Shown here: piece by piece, positions 25,701 to 35,309 of the stretch
Layout of the letters: each line of letters begins with the position of its first letter
Numbering within the stretch: position 1 is the first letter of the stretch
Assembly (NCBI GenBank): GCA_963850305.1
Contig: CAWKKR010000008.1
Location: 1,216,001 to 1,280,000, forward strand
Direction: 5' to 3'
DNA length: 64,000 bases
Origin: an uncultured delta proteobacterium
GTDB taxonomy: Bacteria; Myxococcota_A; Polyangia; Polyangiales; Polyangiaceae
Notes under the pieces: generated by a model
Told to the model about the DNA's origin: nothing
The model's database searches: none
Seen by the model: only the letters and a program-made list of their open reading frames with translations
Program-made: the position numbers and the translations under genes

Positions 25701-25854
25701 AGCGCAGGCGCCCGATTTCATTCGAATGTCTGCCCTCGCCGGGGCGCCGAACGCGGGAAGCCGTGCCGGCCCCCCACGGTCTTCCCCGACAGCGGAGAGG
25801 TGCGCGGCCCCGGGATCCGGGGTCGTTCCGGTCTCACGGGAGCGACTGCTGGCG

Positions 25855-26505
25855 CTATTTCACGTCCGCCTTCGTGACGACAATCTCTCCCACCACGAGG
25901 TTTCCGTTCTCGATACGGTCGTACTCGACGCGCAGGCCCGGGAACTCATCGGATTGGACGGTGTGGGTCGGCCCCCCGTCCGCAATGGTGTCCGTTTTCA
26001 GCGGCTTGCCCAGCGCGTCTCGCACCGCCCAGGGCAGCATGCCGAACGCAACGCCTCTGCCCTGACGAAGGTTGCCGTTGTAGGCGCCATACGTGGCCAT
26101 AGGAGGGTCGCTTGCGCGACGCCCGGGGCGATAAGCGCGGATTTCGACGAGCGCCCCGTCCTCGAGGAAGAACTCGACGGCGTGGTTGACGTAGCGGCAC
26201 GAATTGTCGGTCTTGTACTGACACGGTTCGCCCATCAATCGCTCGATCGTGGCGACCGTCGCGCCGAACCGGATCGGGCCGACGCCTTTGCCCGGCAGGA
26301 TCTGGAGAAACGGCCCGTACGGCACCGGCCACGCGGGGGCCGTCGCGAGCCGGTCGGCGACGGCTCTCGTGCTCGGCGCTGCCGGCGTGATCGGTCCGGA
26401 CAGGGCCGCGGCGGGTGACTCCTTTGGCGCTTCCTTCGAGCGCGAGCACGCGATGATCGAAAGTAGCGCCAGCGCGCCGAGGTACCGCTGTTTCAAGATT
26501 TTCAC
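25855..26505 (-). CDS. Hypothetical lipoprotein
   Basis: Lipobox-like IIAC; IxPGKGVGPIRFG motif; GTGA overlap with the nadE stop. Confidence 0.7.
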   Translation of the reverse strand: MKILKQRYLGALALLSIIACSRSKEAPKESPAAALSGPITPAAPSTRAVADRLATAPAWPVPYGPFLQILPGKGVGPIRFGATVATIERLMGEPCQYKTDNSCRYVNHAVEFFLEDGALVEIRAYRPGRRASDPPMATYGAYNGNLRQGRGVAFGMLPWAVRDALGKPLKTDTIADGGPTHTVQSDEFPGLRVEYDRIENGNLVVGEIVVTKADVK

Positions 26506-28148
26506 TCCTCGATGAACCCCTGGGCGATGGGCATCCTTCGCCCAGGGCCGAATGCCTTGCTCGTCACGATCAGGCCGGGCGCGGCCTGCCGCCGCTTGTA
26601 CTCGCTGACGCGCACCATCTTCAAGACTCGAGACACGACCACCGGGTCGAAACCTTGCGCGACGATCGCGTGCTTGTCGAGGTGCCGCTCGACGTAAAGC
26701 TCGAGGATTCGGTCGAGCACGTCGTACGGCGGCAGCGAGTCCTCGTCCCTTTGATCGGGGCGGAGCTCCGCGGAGGGCGGCTTCTCGATCGAGCTTCGGG
26801 GAATTCGCTCCCTCTCGCCGTTCACGTAGCGGCAGAGTTCGTAGACCATCGTCTTCGGCAGATCGCTGATGACGGCGAGTCCGCCGACCATGTCACCGTA
26901 GAGCGTGCAATACCCGCACGCGAGCTCGCTCTTGTTGCCGGTAGTGAGCACGATCGCTCCCGTCCGGTTCGACAGGGCCATCAGCGTCGCGCCGCGGATA
27001 CGAGCCTGCGCGTTCTCCCACGTGACGTCGTCCGCGGGCGGCGGCGTGAGGCGATCCAGGAGCGCGCCGCTCTGCAAGAGCATCGCCGCGAACATGGGAT
27101 CGACGTCGATGACCTCGTACGCGAGCCCCAGGTTCTTCGCGAGCGCGGCCGCGTCGACGAGCGAACCTTCGGAAGAGTAGCGTGTGGGCATGGAGACTCC
27201 CATGACGTTCTCGCCGCCCAGCGCGTCCGCGGCGATGGTCGCGGTGAGCGCCGAGTCGATGCCGCCGCTCAGTCCGACCACGGCGCGATGGAAGCCGCAC
27301 TTCCTCGCGTAGTCGCGGACGCCCAGCACGAGCGCCCGGTAGACCGCTTCCGCGCGGCTCGTCGCTTCTTCCGCCACCCTTCCGCCCGTCTCCAGGTCGG
27401 CAATCTCGACGGCTTCCTCGAACATCGGGGCGCGGCAGATGAGTTTCCCTTCGCGATCCCAGACGGCGCTCCGTCCGTCGAAGACGAGCTCGTCGTTGCC
27501 GCCGACCTGGTTCACCAGCACGACGCCCACGCCGTGGCGTTTCGCGATGTCGCCGAAGAGTTTCGGGCGGAAGGCGAGCTTGGCGAGCGTGAACGGGCTC
27601 GCTGATAGGTTGATGAACACGTCCGTCGTGTCCGGTCCGACGTCCGCCAGCGGATTGTCGCGGTAGCGAGCTCCGACGCCCTCCACTTCCGCCCAGGCAT
27701 CCTCGCAGATCGCGATCGTCAGTCGCCGGCCGCCGACCACGATCGTGGTGCGCGTGTCGCCCGGTGCGAAATACCGCGCGTCGTCGAAGACGTCGTACGT
27801 CGGCAGGAGCCGCTTCTGCGCCGTGGTGACGATGCTCCCGTCGCGAGCGACGAGCCCGGCGTTTGCAACGAGGCCGGCGTCCTGTTGCGTCGGAAGGACG
27901 GTGCCGAAGACGAGTGTCAGCCCGCGCGGCGCCTGGTCCACGACGCGGCGAGTCTCGCGCTCGACCTCGCGGACGAACGAGGGCCAATCGAGCAAGTCCT
28001 TCGGCGGATAGCCGACGAGGGTCAGCTCCGAGCCGACCGCGACCTCGGCCCCGGCGTTCATCGAGCGACGAGCCGCATCGAGCAGGCGCTCGGCGTTCTG
28101 CCGCACTGCACCCACGGTGGGATTGAGCTGAAGGAGCGCGACTTTCAT
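26502..28148 (-). CDS. nadE: Glutamine-dependent NAD+ synthetase
   Basis: N-terminal nitrilase-type domain (EL...GYPP.D, ICED), GLSGGIDS, NAQARIR, TTGNKSE, TLYGD and PPSAEL. Confidence 0.95.
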   Translation of the reverse strand: MKVALLQLNPTVGAVRQNAERLLDAARRSMNAGAEVAVGSELTLVGYPPKDLLDWPSFVREVERETRRVVDQAPRGLTLVFGTVLPTQQDAGLVANAGLVARDGSIVTTAQKRLLPTYDVFDDARYFAPGDTRTTIVVGGRRLTIAICEDAWAEVEGVGARYRDNPLADVGPDTTDVFINLSASPFTLAKLAFRPKLFGDIAKRHGVGVVLVNQVGGNDELVFDGRSAVWDREGKLICRAPMFEEAVEIADLETGGRVAEEATSRAEAVYRALVLGVRDYARKCGFHRAVVGLSGGIDSALTATIAADALGGENVMGVSMPTRYSSEGSLVDAAALAKNLGLAYEVIDVDPMFAAMLLQSGALLDRLTPPPADDVTWENAQARIRGATLMALSNRTGAIVLTTGNKSELACGYCTLYGDMVGGLAVISDLPKTMVYELCRYVNGERERIPRSSIEKPPSAELRPDQRDEDSLPPYDVLDRILELYVERHLDKHAIVAQGFDPVVVSRVLKMVRVSEYKRRQAAPGLIVTSKAFGPGRRMPIAQGFIEE

Positions 28149-28221
28149 GAACTACTCGCGCGTGCTTTGAGGTAAAAGGCAGGGGACGCGGGAGCGCGAC
28201 GCCCGGCACCGCTCGCTCCCG

Positions 28222-29154
28222 ATGACTCCGCTCGATCGCCGCCGCTTTCTGTTCGTGACCGGCAAGGGCGGTACCGGAAAGACCACCGTTACGGCCGCGC
28301 TCGCGCTGTCGCTCGCGTCGCGCGGGCGTCGCGTGCTCATCGCCGTTACGGAGCCGAAGGAGCGCACGTCAGCGCTCCTCGGCGTGCCGCCGCTCGGCCA
28401 CGAGATCGTCAACGTGCTTCCGAACATCTTCGCCGTGAAGATTAACCCGGAAGTGGCCATGCGCGAGTATGGCGAGATGATCTTGAAGAGCCGGACAGTC
28501 TCGGACGCGGTGTTCAAGAGCAAGTACGTCCGCGGGTTCTTCGCCGCCGTGCCGGGTCTTCACCAGTGGGCGATGCTCGGCAAAGCCTGGTTTCACTCGA
28601 CGGAGCAACAGGATGGCCGTCCGCGGTTCGACGTCGTCTTGTTCGACGCGCCGGCGACGGGCCACGGCCTGGACATGCTGCGTGTGCCCAAGGTCATCGT
28701 GGACGTCGCGCCGCCAGGGCTCCTGCGCAAAGATGCCGAGGCAGCGTGGACCATGTTTCGGGACCCCGCCCAGAGCGGTGTTCTCATCATCGCCCTGCCC
28801 GAAGACATGCCTGCGAACGAGTCCATCGAACTCGCCAGCGCGGTCACCGGTGAACTCGAGTTGCCCATTGCCGGCGTGATCGTCAACCAGGTGATTGAGC
28901 TGCTCTTCGATGATGCCGAGCGTGAGGCACTCGTCGAGCCGCGTCTCCTGGTGTCCGGCGATCCGGGCGACGAGGGTCTGAGCGCCGCGGCCCGTCGCGC
29001 GCAGAGCGAGCGCGTGCAGATCGAAAGCGAGCGCAAGATTCGCGAAGGCATCGCCGCACCGCTCACGGAGCTTCCGAGATTGCTGACGGATGCGAGCGTG
29101 CCGGAGGCGATCCGTGGGCTCTCGAAGATCCTGGGGGATCGGTTGTTTTCCTAA
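28222..29154 (+). CDS. ArsA/GET3-like P-loop ATPase (single domain)
   Basis: VTGKGGTGKTT deviant Walker A, DAPATGH switch II, PEDMPANE and VIVNQV. Confidence 0.85.
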   Translation: MTPLDRRRFLFVTGKGGTGKTTVTAALALSLASRGRRVLIAVTEPKERTSALLGVPPLGHEIVNVLPNIFAVKINPEVAMREYGEMILKSRTVSDAVFKSKYVRGFFAAVPGLHQWAMLGKAWFHSTEQQDGRPRFDVVLFDAPATGHGLDMLRVPKVIVDVAPPGLLRKDAEAAWTMFRDPAQSGVLIIALPEDMPANESIELASAVTGELELPIAGVIVNQVIELLFDDAEREALVEPRLLVSGDPGDEGLSAAARRAQSERVQIESERKIREGIAAPLTELPRLLTDASVPEAIRGLSKILGDRLFS

Positions 29155-29255
29155 CGAGGAAGAACAAGGAAAGCGGTTTCACTCATCCCGGTGCGGCTTC
29201 CCGCATGATGGCTTCGCGCGGGCCGTGCAGCGGCTGGAGCAAGCGGGTTCATCGA

Positions 29256-29669
29256 TCACCTCGGCACGATGCTCGGTTGCGCGAGAAACGCGGCCACTTC
29301 GAGTGCCATTTCTTCGGCATCCCAGTCGAATGTCACGCCGGCGAGAGAGACGGAGAGCCCGCTCGGCAAGAACGCCTTCGGTCGGACCCAGGAAATGATG
29401 CCGTTCGCTTCGAGCTCCACCCGGCCCGACCGGCGGAACTTGACGCGAACGGCGTCCGTGCGCTTGACGGGCTGTCCGCCCGACCCGAACGGCGGTCTGA
29501 TGACGAGGATTGCGCCGTTGGGTCTCAGGTGCTGCGTGGTGCACCTGCCCGCGAGCACGACCCGTTCTTCGCCCTGCGCGGTCCGGAGCGTGAGCAAGCA
29601 ATCGACGGGCCCGTGCTGGACGAGTCGCGCGGGCTCGTCCGGCATGCGAATCTCTCCCGATTCGGCCAT
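29256..29669 (-). CDS. Hypothetical protein, possibly degenerate PilZ-like beta-barrel
   Basis: GIISWVR...AGVTF pattern; lacks the RxxxR and DxSxxG motifs. Confidence 0.5.
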   Translation of the reverse strand: MAESGEIRMPDEPARLVQHGPVDCLLTLRTAQGEERVVLAGRCTTQHLRPNGAILVIRPPFGSGGQPVKRTDAVRVKFRRSGRVELEANGIISWVRPKAFLPSGLSVSLAGVTFDWDAEEMALEVAAFLAQPSIVPR

Positions 29670-29791
29670 CTCTTACGCACGTATCATGACATCGTCCCCG
29701 ACGACGCGAGTCAGAAACTGGTTGCATCCGCCGTGCTGGGCGTAAGCGGGGCGCTTGCGCTCGGCCTTTGCGACGGCGACTATTGAGCTGC

Positions 29792-31330
29792 ATGATCCGC
29801 CCGGGGCGATTCGCGCAAGGGACGACGTCGGCCATCGCCCTCGTTGCCGCTTTCGCGTGCAGCTCGGGCCTCGATGGATTCCGGCTCGACACGGAGGCCG
29901 TGACCCACAGCGATGGCAGTGCCGGCTCTGGAGGCGGCGGAGGGATTGAGGGGGGAACGCTTGGCGCGGGAGGCGGCGCGCAACAGAGCGGAGGCGGTGG
30001 CGCGGGAAACGGGGAAGTCGGGGGAGCAGGCGGGGGCGTGAGCAGCGGTGGGCAGAGCGGGAGCGGGAGCGGCGGGAGCGGGGGCGTGAGCAGCGGTGGG
30101 CAGAGCGGGAGCGGGGGATCGGGCAATGGAGGCAGCGGGAGCGGTGGGAGCGGGAGCGGCGGGAACGGGGGATTGGGTAGTGGAGGCAGCGGGAGCGGTG
30201 GGCAGAACGGGAGCGGCGGAGCTGGCAGCGGAGGGAATGGGAGCGGTGGGCAGAACGGGAGCGGCGGAGGTGGCAGCGGAGGGAATGGGAGCGGTGGGCA
30301 GAACGGGAGCGGCGGAGCTGGCAGCGGAGGGAATGGGAGCGGTGGGGCAGGTGGATCCGGGGCGTGGCCTGCGGATCCCGTCGCGGTGCAAGCGACGGGG
30401 ATGCCAGCGGGAATTACCGCGGCGGTGTGGGATGCGAGTTCGAGTCAGTTCTTTCTCCTGCAGCCGGCGAAGAATCTGTTCTTCACGCTGGATCCGGCGA
30501 CGCGCGTGGTGAGTGCAGGATTGCCCTTGCCCACCGGAACCGTCGCGGGCAGTCCGTTCGGCGTGAGCGCGAACGACGTGTTCGTCGTGATCGGCACGTC
30601 GCTGTATCGCTTGCCCCGGACCGGCGCGACTTCAGGCACCGGTGTGCCGCTCGGAGGCACCATCACCTCGGGGACGGAGCTGACCGGCGGATACGCGAGT
30701 GGATGGTTCCTGGTCGGCAATTCCGGTAGCACGGCGCAAGCGTTCGAAGACTCGACGAGCTCGATGAAGTCGGTCGCGGCTTTCTCGGACCTTCACGGAG
30801 TCGCGACGGACGGATTCAGCTTCGTGTTCCGCACCACGAACGGCACCAGCGTCTACCTTCAGCGTGTGGCCCCCGGCGCGACCGCGCTCGATGCGGGTCC
30901 GTGCCTCGTGGCCGGGAGCTTCGCAGGTGGCGATCAGGGGACGCCGTCGGGCGTGTTCGGCACGGCGGTGGCCTGGGTCAGGGCGCAATCCGCGGCGGCT
31001 TACGAGCTCTTCTTCGCTACCGTCGACGCCTCGGGCACGTGCTCGTCCCCCGCCGAGCAATTCTTCGGCACGGCGACGACGGGCTCCCGAGTGGTCGGCC
31101 TCCTGAGCGCGGATGAGGCGATCGTGACGTCGCGCGTCGCTGGAAGCCTCGCGGATTTGCAGATCATCGGTTCGGACGGAACCGTCAGCGCGACGCTCGC
31201 GAATCAGAACATGGGCGCGGGGACCCCGACCGCTTTCGTGATCGGCGTAAGCTCGCTCGATTCCGTGAATTCGCCCTCGCACTACGGCGTCCTCGTCACG
31301 GGAGACAAGCCCGTCGTGTTCCAGTTCTGA
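29792..31330 (+). CDS. Gly/Ser-rich secreted lipoprotein with beta-rich C-terminal domain
   Basis: Lipobox-like AFAC, about 150-aa G/S low-complexity linker, beta-strand-rich domain ending VVFQF. Confidence 0.75.
   Translation: MIRPGRFAQGTTSAIALVAAFACSSGLDGFRLDTEAVTHSDGSAGSGGGGGIEGGTLGAGGGAQQSGGGGAGNGEVGGAGGGVSSGGQSGSGSGGSGGVSSGGQSGSGGSGNGGSGSGGSGSGGNGGLGSGGSGSGGQNGSGGAGSGGNGSGGQNGSGGGGSGGNGSGGQNGSGGAGSGGNGSGGAGGSGAWPADPVAVQATGMPAGITAAVWDASSSQFFLLQPAKNLFFTLDPATRVVSAGLPLPTGTVAGSPFGVSANDVFVVIGTSLYRLPRTGATSGTGVPLGGTITSGTELTGGYASGWFLVGNSGSTAQAFEDSTSSMKSVAAFSDLHGVATDGFSFVFRTTNGTSVYLQRVAPGATALDAGPCLVAGSFAGGDQGTPSGVFGTAVAWVRAQSAAAYELFFATVDASGTCSSPAEQFFGTATTGSRVVGLLSADEAIVTSRVAGSLADLQIIGSDGTVSATLANQNMGAGTPTAFVIGVSSLDSVNSPSHYGVLVTGDKPVVFQF
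30030..30345 (+). repeat. Intragenic 48-bp tandem repeats (2 copies of a GGVSSGGQSGSG unit; 3 copies of GSGGQNGSGGxGSGGN)
   Basis: Period-48 copies start at 30030 and 30078, and at 30191, 30239 and 30287. Confidence 0.9.
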
Positions 31331-31393
31331 ACGGCGGCGCGACCGGACCCGACGGTGTAGGATGCCGCCCGGCGGAGGCGCTCCGCGTCTGGC

Positions 31394-32326
31394 ATGACCA
31401 CTCAAGTTGCCACGAGTGACCCGACGCCCCTGTGGCGGCGCCTCCTGCCGATCGCGTTCGGCGTGCTGCTGATCGCGTTCGTGCTGCACCGCATCGACTT
31501 CGCCGCCTTCGCTGCCGCGGTCCGCCGCACGAATTACGTCGAGTTCATCCTCTTCGCACTGCTGTTCAACGTCGCGCTGCTCTCGGCGGACGTGTTCGCG
31601 ACCGTCTACGTGTACCGGAGGACCGTCGCGCCCGTCCGGTACGGCGAGCTTCTCGCGATCCGTGGGGCGTCGTACCTGCCGTCGATGCTCAACCACCACG
31701 TCGGGCAAGCGTGGCTCACCTATTTCCTGTCGAAGGCGTACCGCACGCCGCTCAAGCGTGCGGCGGGCGCAACCCTCGTCGTCTATGCGACGACGTTCGG
31801 GGCACTCTTCCTGTTCCTGCTCGTCGGGCTGCCCCTGAATCACGGGCGCATCCCGTGGCTCATGCCCACGGTCGTCGTGGTGGCCGGCGCCGGCGTGGGC
31901 TACGCGGTCGTGCTGCTTGCGCGCCCGAAGGTGCTCGCCACGCGACCCATCGCGAAGCCGCTCTTCGAGGTCGGGCTCGGGGGTCATGTGACGGCGATTC
32001 TCATCCGGCTACCCCACGTGTTCATCCAGTTCCTGGGCGCGTGGATCCCGTTTCTGTTCTTCCGCGTCGACGTCCCGTTCGCCGACGCGCTGGCGCTGAT
32101 GCCCGTCGTCCTTTTCGTCGTGACGCTGCCCATCAGCCCGCAGGGCCTGGGAACGCGCGACGCTCTCTCGATCACCTTGCTTTCCAGCTACGCCGCAGGC
32201 TCCGCCGCGGACCGCGCCTCCATGATCGCGGCGACGACGTTGAGCTGGCTCGTCGTCATCTGCGCGGCGCAGCTCGCCGTCTCGCTCTTTTTCATGAAGC
32301 GCGCCCACGCGCTCCTCGATTCATGA
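31394..32326 (+). CDS. Lysylphosphatidylglycerol-synthase-TM/flippase-like membrane protein
   Basis: About 8 TM helices and LPISPQGLGTRD, matching the P.tPgG.G..E/D family motif. Confidence 0.75.
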   Translation: MTTQVATSDPTPLWRRLLPIAFGVLLIAFVLHRIDFAAFAAAVRRTNYVEFILFALLFNVALLSADVFATVYVYRRTVAPVRYGELLAIRGASYLPSMLNHHVGQAWLTYFLSKAYRTPLKRAAGATLVVYATTFGALFLFLLVGLPLNHGRIPWLMPTVVVVAGAGVGYAVVLLARPKVLATRPIAKPLFEVGLGGHVTAILIRLPHVFIQFLGAWIPFLFFRVDVPFADALALMPVVLFVVTLPISPQGLGTRDALSITLLSSYAAGSAADRASMIAATTLSWLVVICAAQLAVSLFFMKRAHALLDS

Positions 32327-34518
32327 CGCCCCCGGAGCTCTCGGTCATCGCGCCCTGCTTCGACGAGGAAGCGAACGTGCCGGAGCTCGTGCGTCGCGTG
32401 CTCGCGACGTTCGATCGCGGCGGCGTCGCGGGCGAGCTCGTGCTGGTGGACGACGGCAGCTGCGACGGGACGCGAGAGGCGATCGATCGCGCCGTCCGCC
32501 TTCATGGACCGCGCGTCGTCGGCGCGTTTCACGCGACCAACCTCGGCATCGCGGCCGCGTGGAAGACCGGAACCGATGCCGCGCGGGGCGACTTGGTCGC
32601 GATCATCGACGCGGATTTGCAGTACCAACCCGAGGATTTGCTCCGCCTCCGGCGTGTGCTCCTCGAGAGCAGCGTCGACGTAGTCCAGGGATTCCGGAGC
32701 GCGGTCGGACGGGAGCGCGACGCGCGATACCGTCTGAGCCGCGGCTTCAATTTCCTCCTCAACACGACGTTCGGGATGCGGCTCTCGGACAACAAGAGTG
32801 GGTTCGTGATGTGTCCGCGGCCCGTGATGCTCGACCTCCTGAGCTATGACGGGCACTACCGATACTTTCAGTCCTTCATCATGGTCGCCGCGCACGCGAA
32901 GGGGTACGAGTATCGAGAAGTCGAGACCCTGTTCGTCGAGCGGCGTGCGGGCAAGAGCTTCCTCGAGGGCGCCGCGTACCGTGTCGCGGCGGAGTCACTC
33001 GTCGATCTCGGGCGAGCGACGTGGGAGTATCGCGTCGAAAAGCGGACGCGGGACGCGGCCAACCGATTTCGAAAAGGACGCGCGCCGCGACGTCCCAGGG
33101 CCGTGCCGCCAGACAAGAAGATCGCCTGGCGCGCGTACCTGTCCGTCTTCGATCGCGTTCACTTCACGATCACGCGCGAGGTCGAGCGCCACTACGAGTC
33201 TCTCGAGGAGACCCAGTGGATGGCGCGCAGCGACCTCGGCGAGCTCCGCGACGACAAGCTCCGGCGCCTCGTCCGACACGCGTACCGAAACGTTCCGTAC
33301 TTCCGTGAACGCATGCGCGCCGCGGGCGTTCACCCGGAGGACGTCCGCGGGGTCGCGGACCTGCACAAGCTTCCGCTTCTGTCGAAGACGGATGTGCGCG
33401 AGCACCTCTACTTCGACATTCTCAGCGAGAATCATCGTAAATCCGAGATGCTCCGCGTCGCCACGAGCGGATCCACGGGCGAGCCGTTCGTCTGCTACGC
33501 CGACCGCAATCAGCTCGAGTTCCGCTGGGCCGCGACGCTGCGCTCGCAGGGTTGGGCCGGTTACCGATTCGGCGACCCGACGGTTCGGCTGTGGCACCAG
33601 ACGGTGGGGCTCGATCGCGACCAGGCCCTGCGCGAGCGGCTCGACGCGATGGTCTCGCGCCGCACGTTCATTCCGGTGTTCGAGCTCGCGGAACGTCGTC
33701 TCGAGGGCGTGCTCGAGACGATCGCCGAGGCGCGCCCCGTGCTCATCGACGGCTACGCCGAGGCCCTGAACTTTCTCGCGACGTACGCGAAGCGCCGCGG
33801 CGACACGCGGGTCCATCCGAAGGCGATCATGAGCAGCGCCCAGACTCTTCCCGCATCGAGCCGGCGGATCATCGAAGAGGCGTTCGGCTGCGCCGTCTTC
33901 GACAAGTACGGCGCGCGCGAGTTCAGCGGCATCGCATACGAGTGCGAAGCCCATGCCGGCCACCACGTGGTGGCCGAAGGTTACGTCGTCGAGCTCCTCA
34001 AGGGCGGCGAGCCAGCCGCGCCGGGCGAGGTCGGCGAAGTCGTCGTCACGGACCTGAACAACTATTGCCTCCCGTTCATCCGCTACCGCCTCGGCGATCT
34101 CGCGGTCGCGGCCGGCGACGACGTCGTGTGCCCGTGTGGGCGCACGCTGCCGCTCATCGGCGATATCGAGGGCCGCGTCCAGTCCATCATCCAGGGAACC
34201 GATGGTCGATATCTTCCGGGAACGTTCTTTGCGCACTACCTGAAGGACTTCGATCACGCGATCCGGCGTTACCAGATCCTCCAGGAACGCCCGTCGCACG
34301 TCGTTTTTCGCGTCGTGAAGGGAGGCAGATTCTCCACGGACGTGCTCGAGGAAATCCTGTCCACCTTTCGCCGCTTCCTCGGAGAGGACATGCACATCGA
34401 CGTCGAGTTCGTGGACGAAGTCGGCACGGTCGCGACCGGTAAGCGCGTCGCGACCCTGTCCAAGTTGCCGATCGATTTCCAGGGGCCTGGCGCGTCGCGC
34501 CTGAAATGGTCACGCTAA
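32323..34518 (+). CDS. Fusion of GT2 glycosyltransferase (DPM1/ArnC-like) and phenylacetate-CoA ligase/CapK-like adenylate-forming domain
   Basis: N-terminal VIAPCFDEEANV, VDDGS.DGT, DADLQ; C-terminal AYRNVPYFR, TSGSTGEP, YGAREF, RYRLGD and GKR. ATGA overlap with the upstream gene; no internal stop. Confidence 0.85.
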   Translation: MTPPELSVIAPCFDEEANVPELVRRVLATFDRGGVAGELVLVDDGSCDGTREAIDRAVRLHGPRVVGAFHATNLGIAAAWKTGTDAARGDLVAIIDADLQYQPEDLLRLRRVLLESSVDVVQGFRSAVGRERDARYRLSRGFNFLLNTTFGMRLSDNKSGFVMCPRPVMLDLLSYDGHYRYFQSFIMVAAHAKGYEYREVETLFVERRAGKSFLEGAAYRVAAESLVDLGRATWEYRVEKRTRDAANRFRKGRAPRRPRAVPPDKKIAWRAYLSVFDRVHFTITREVERHYESLEETQWMARSDLGELRDDKLRRLVRHAYRNVPYFRERMRAAGVHPEDVRGVADLHKLPLLSKTDVREHLYFDILSENHRKSEMLRVATSGSTGEPFVCYADRNQLEFRWAATLRSQGWAGYRFGDPTVRLWHQTVGLDRDQALRERLDAMVSRRTFIPVFELAERRLEGVLETIAEARPVLIDGYAEALNFLATYAKRRGDTRVHPKAIMSSAQTLPASSRRIIEEAFGCAVFDKYGAREFSGIAYECEAHAGHHVVAEGYVVELLKGGEPAAPGEVGEVVVTDLNNYCLPFIRYRLGDLAVAAGDDVVCPCGRTLPLIGDIEGRVQSIIQGTDGRYLPGTFFAHYLKDFDHAIRRYQILQERPSHVVFRVVKGGRFSTDVLEEILSTFRRFLGEDMHIDVEFVDEVGTVATGKRVATLSKLPIDFQGPGASRLKWSR

Positions 34519-34523
34519 CGCCA

Positions 34524-35300
34524 ATGACCTCCGACAGGCTCGTCCGGACGGCGCGCGACATCGCGCTCGAAGCGTCGCGCGTCCTGCTCGACGGCTATCG
34601 CAGCCGTCCCGCCGCGACGGAGAAAGCGCGCTCGGATCTCGTCACCGAATACGATCTGAGGAGCGAGGAACTGATCCGCATGCGGCTCGGTCGCGAGACG
34701 CCGGATATCCCCATCGTCGCGGAAGAGCACGGCGGCGTCGCGAATGGCCTCACGTGGTACGTCGACCCTCTCGATGGCACGATGAACTTCGTCCACGGTC
34801 ACCCGTTCTTCTGCGTCAGCATCGGCGCGATGGACGCAAGTGGTCCGATCGCCGGGGTGGTCGTGGCGCCCGCTCTGGGGCTCGAGTGGTGGGGGAGCCG
34901 CGAAGGCGGCGCGTTCCGCAACGGCGAACCGTGCAGCGTCAGCACCACCGGGACGCTGCGCGATGCGCTGCTCGCGACGGGATTCCCCGCCGATCGTCGT
35001 CACGCGCCCGCGAACAACCTCGCGACGTTCTCCGACGTAATCCAGCACGTCCAAGGCGTGCGGCGGTGTGGCTCCGCGGCGCTCGATTGCTGCTTCGTGG
35101 CCGACGGCACGCTCGAGGGTTACTGGGAGCGAGGGCTCTACGCTTGGGACGTCGTCGCCGGATGCGCGATTGCGCTCTCCGCCGGGGCGTGTCTCACTTC
35201 CCTCACTGGTGGACCTCCGGATCTGACTATCGGTCATATCGTGCTCACGAACGGTCGTATCCACGAGGCTCTCGTGGGGCTCGTGAGCAAGAATCACTGA
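34524..35300 (+). CDS. suhB: Inositol monophosphatase family protein
   Basis: DLVTEYD, WYVDPLDGTMNFVHG, RRCGSAALD and WDVVAG. Confidence 0.88.
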   Translation: MTSDRLVRTARDIALEASRVLLDGYRSRPAATEKARSDLVTEYDLRSEELIRMRLGRETPDIPIVAEEHGGVANGLTWYVDPLDGTMNFVHGHPFFCVSIGAMDASGPIAGVVVAPALGLEWWGSREGGAFRNGEPCSVSTTGTLRDALLATGFPADRRHAPANNLATFSDVIQHVQGVRRCGSAALDCCFVADGTLEGYWERGLYAWDVVAGCAIALSAGACLTSLTGGPPDLTIGHIVLTNGRIHEALVGLVSKNH

Positions 35301-35309
35301 GATGCGCCC

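Noticed and set aside
28222..29154. Arsenic resistance operon
   Set aside because: No arsR/B/C/D and no metal-binding cysteines in the ATPase.
31432..32322. 1028-aa version of the GT2 fusion ORF
   Set aside because: The N-terminal 297 aa are an off-frame overlap with the flippase-like gene. The real start is the ATGA-coupled ATG at 32323.
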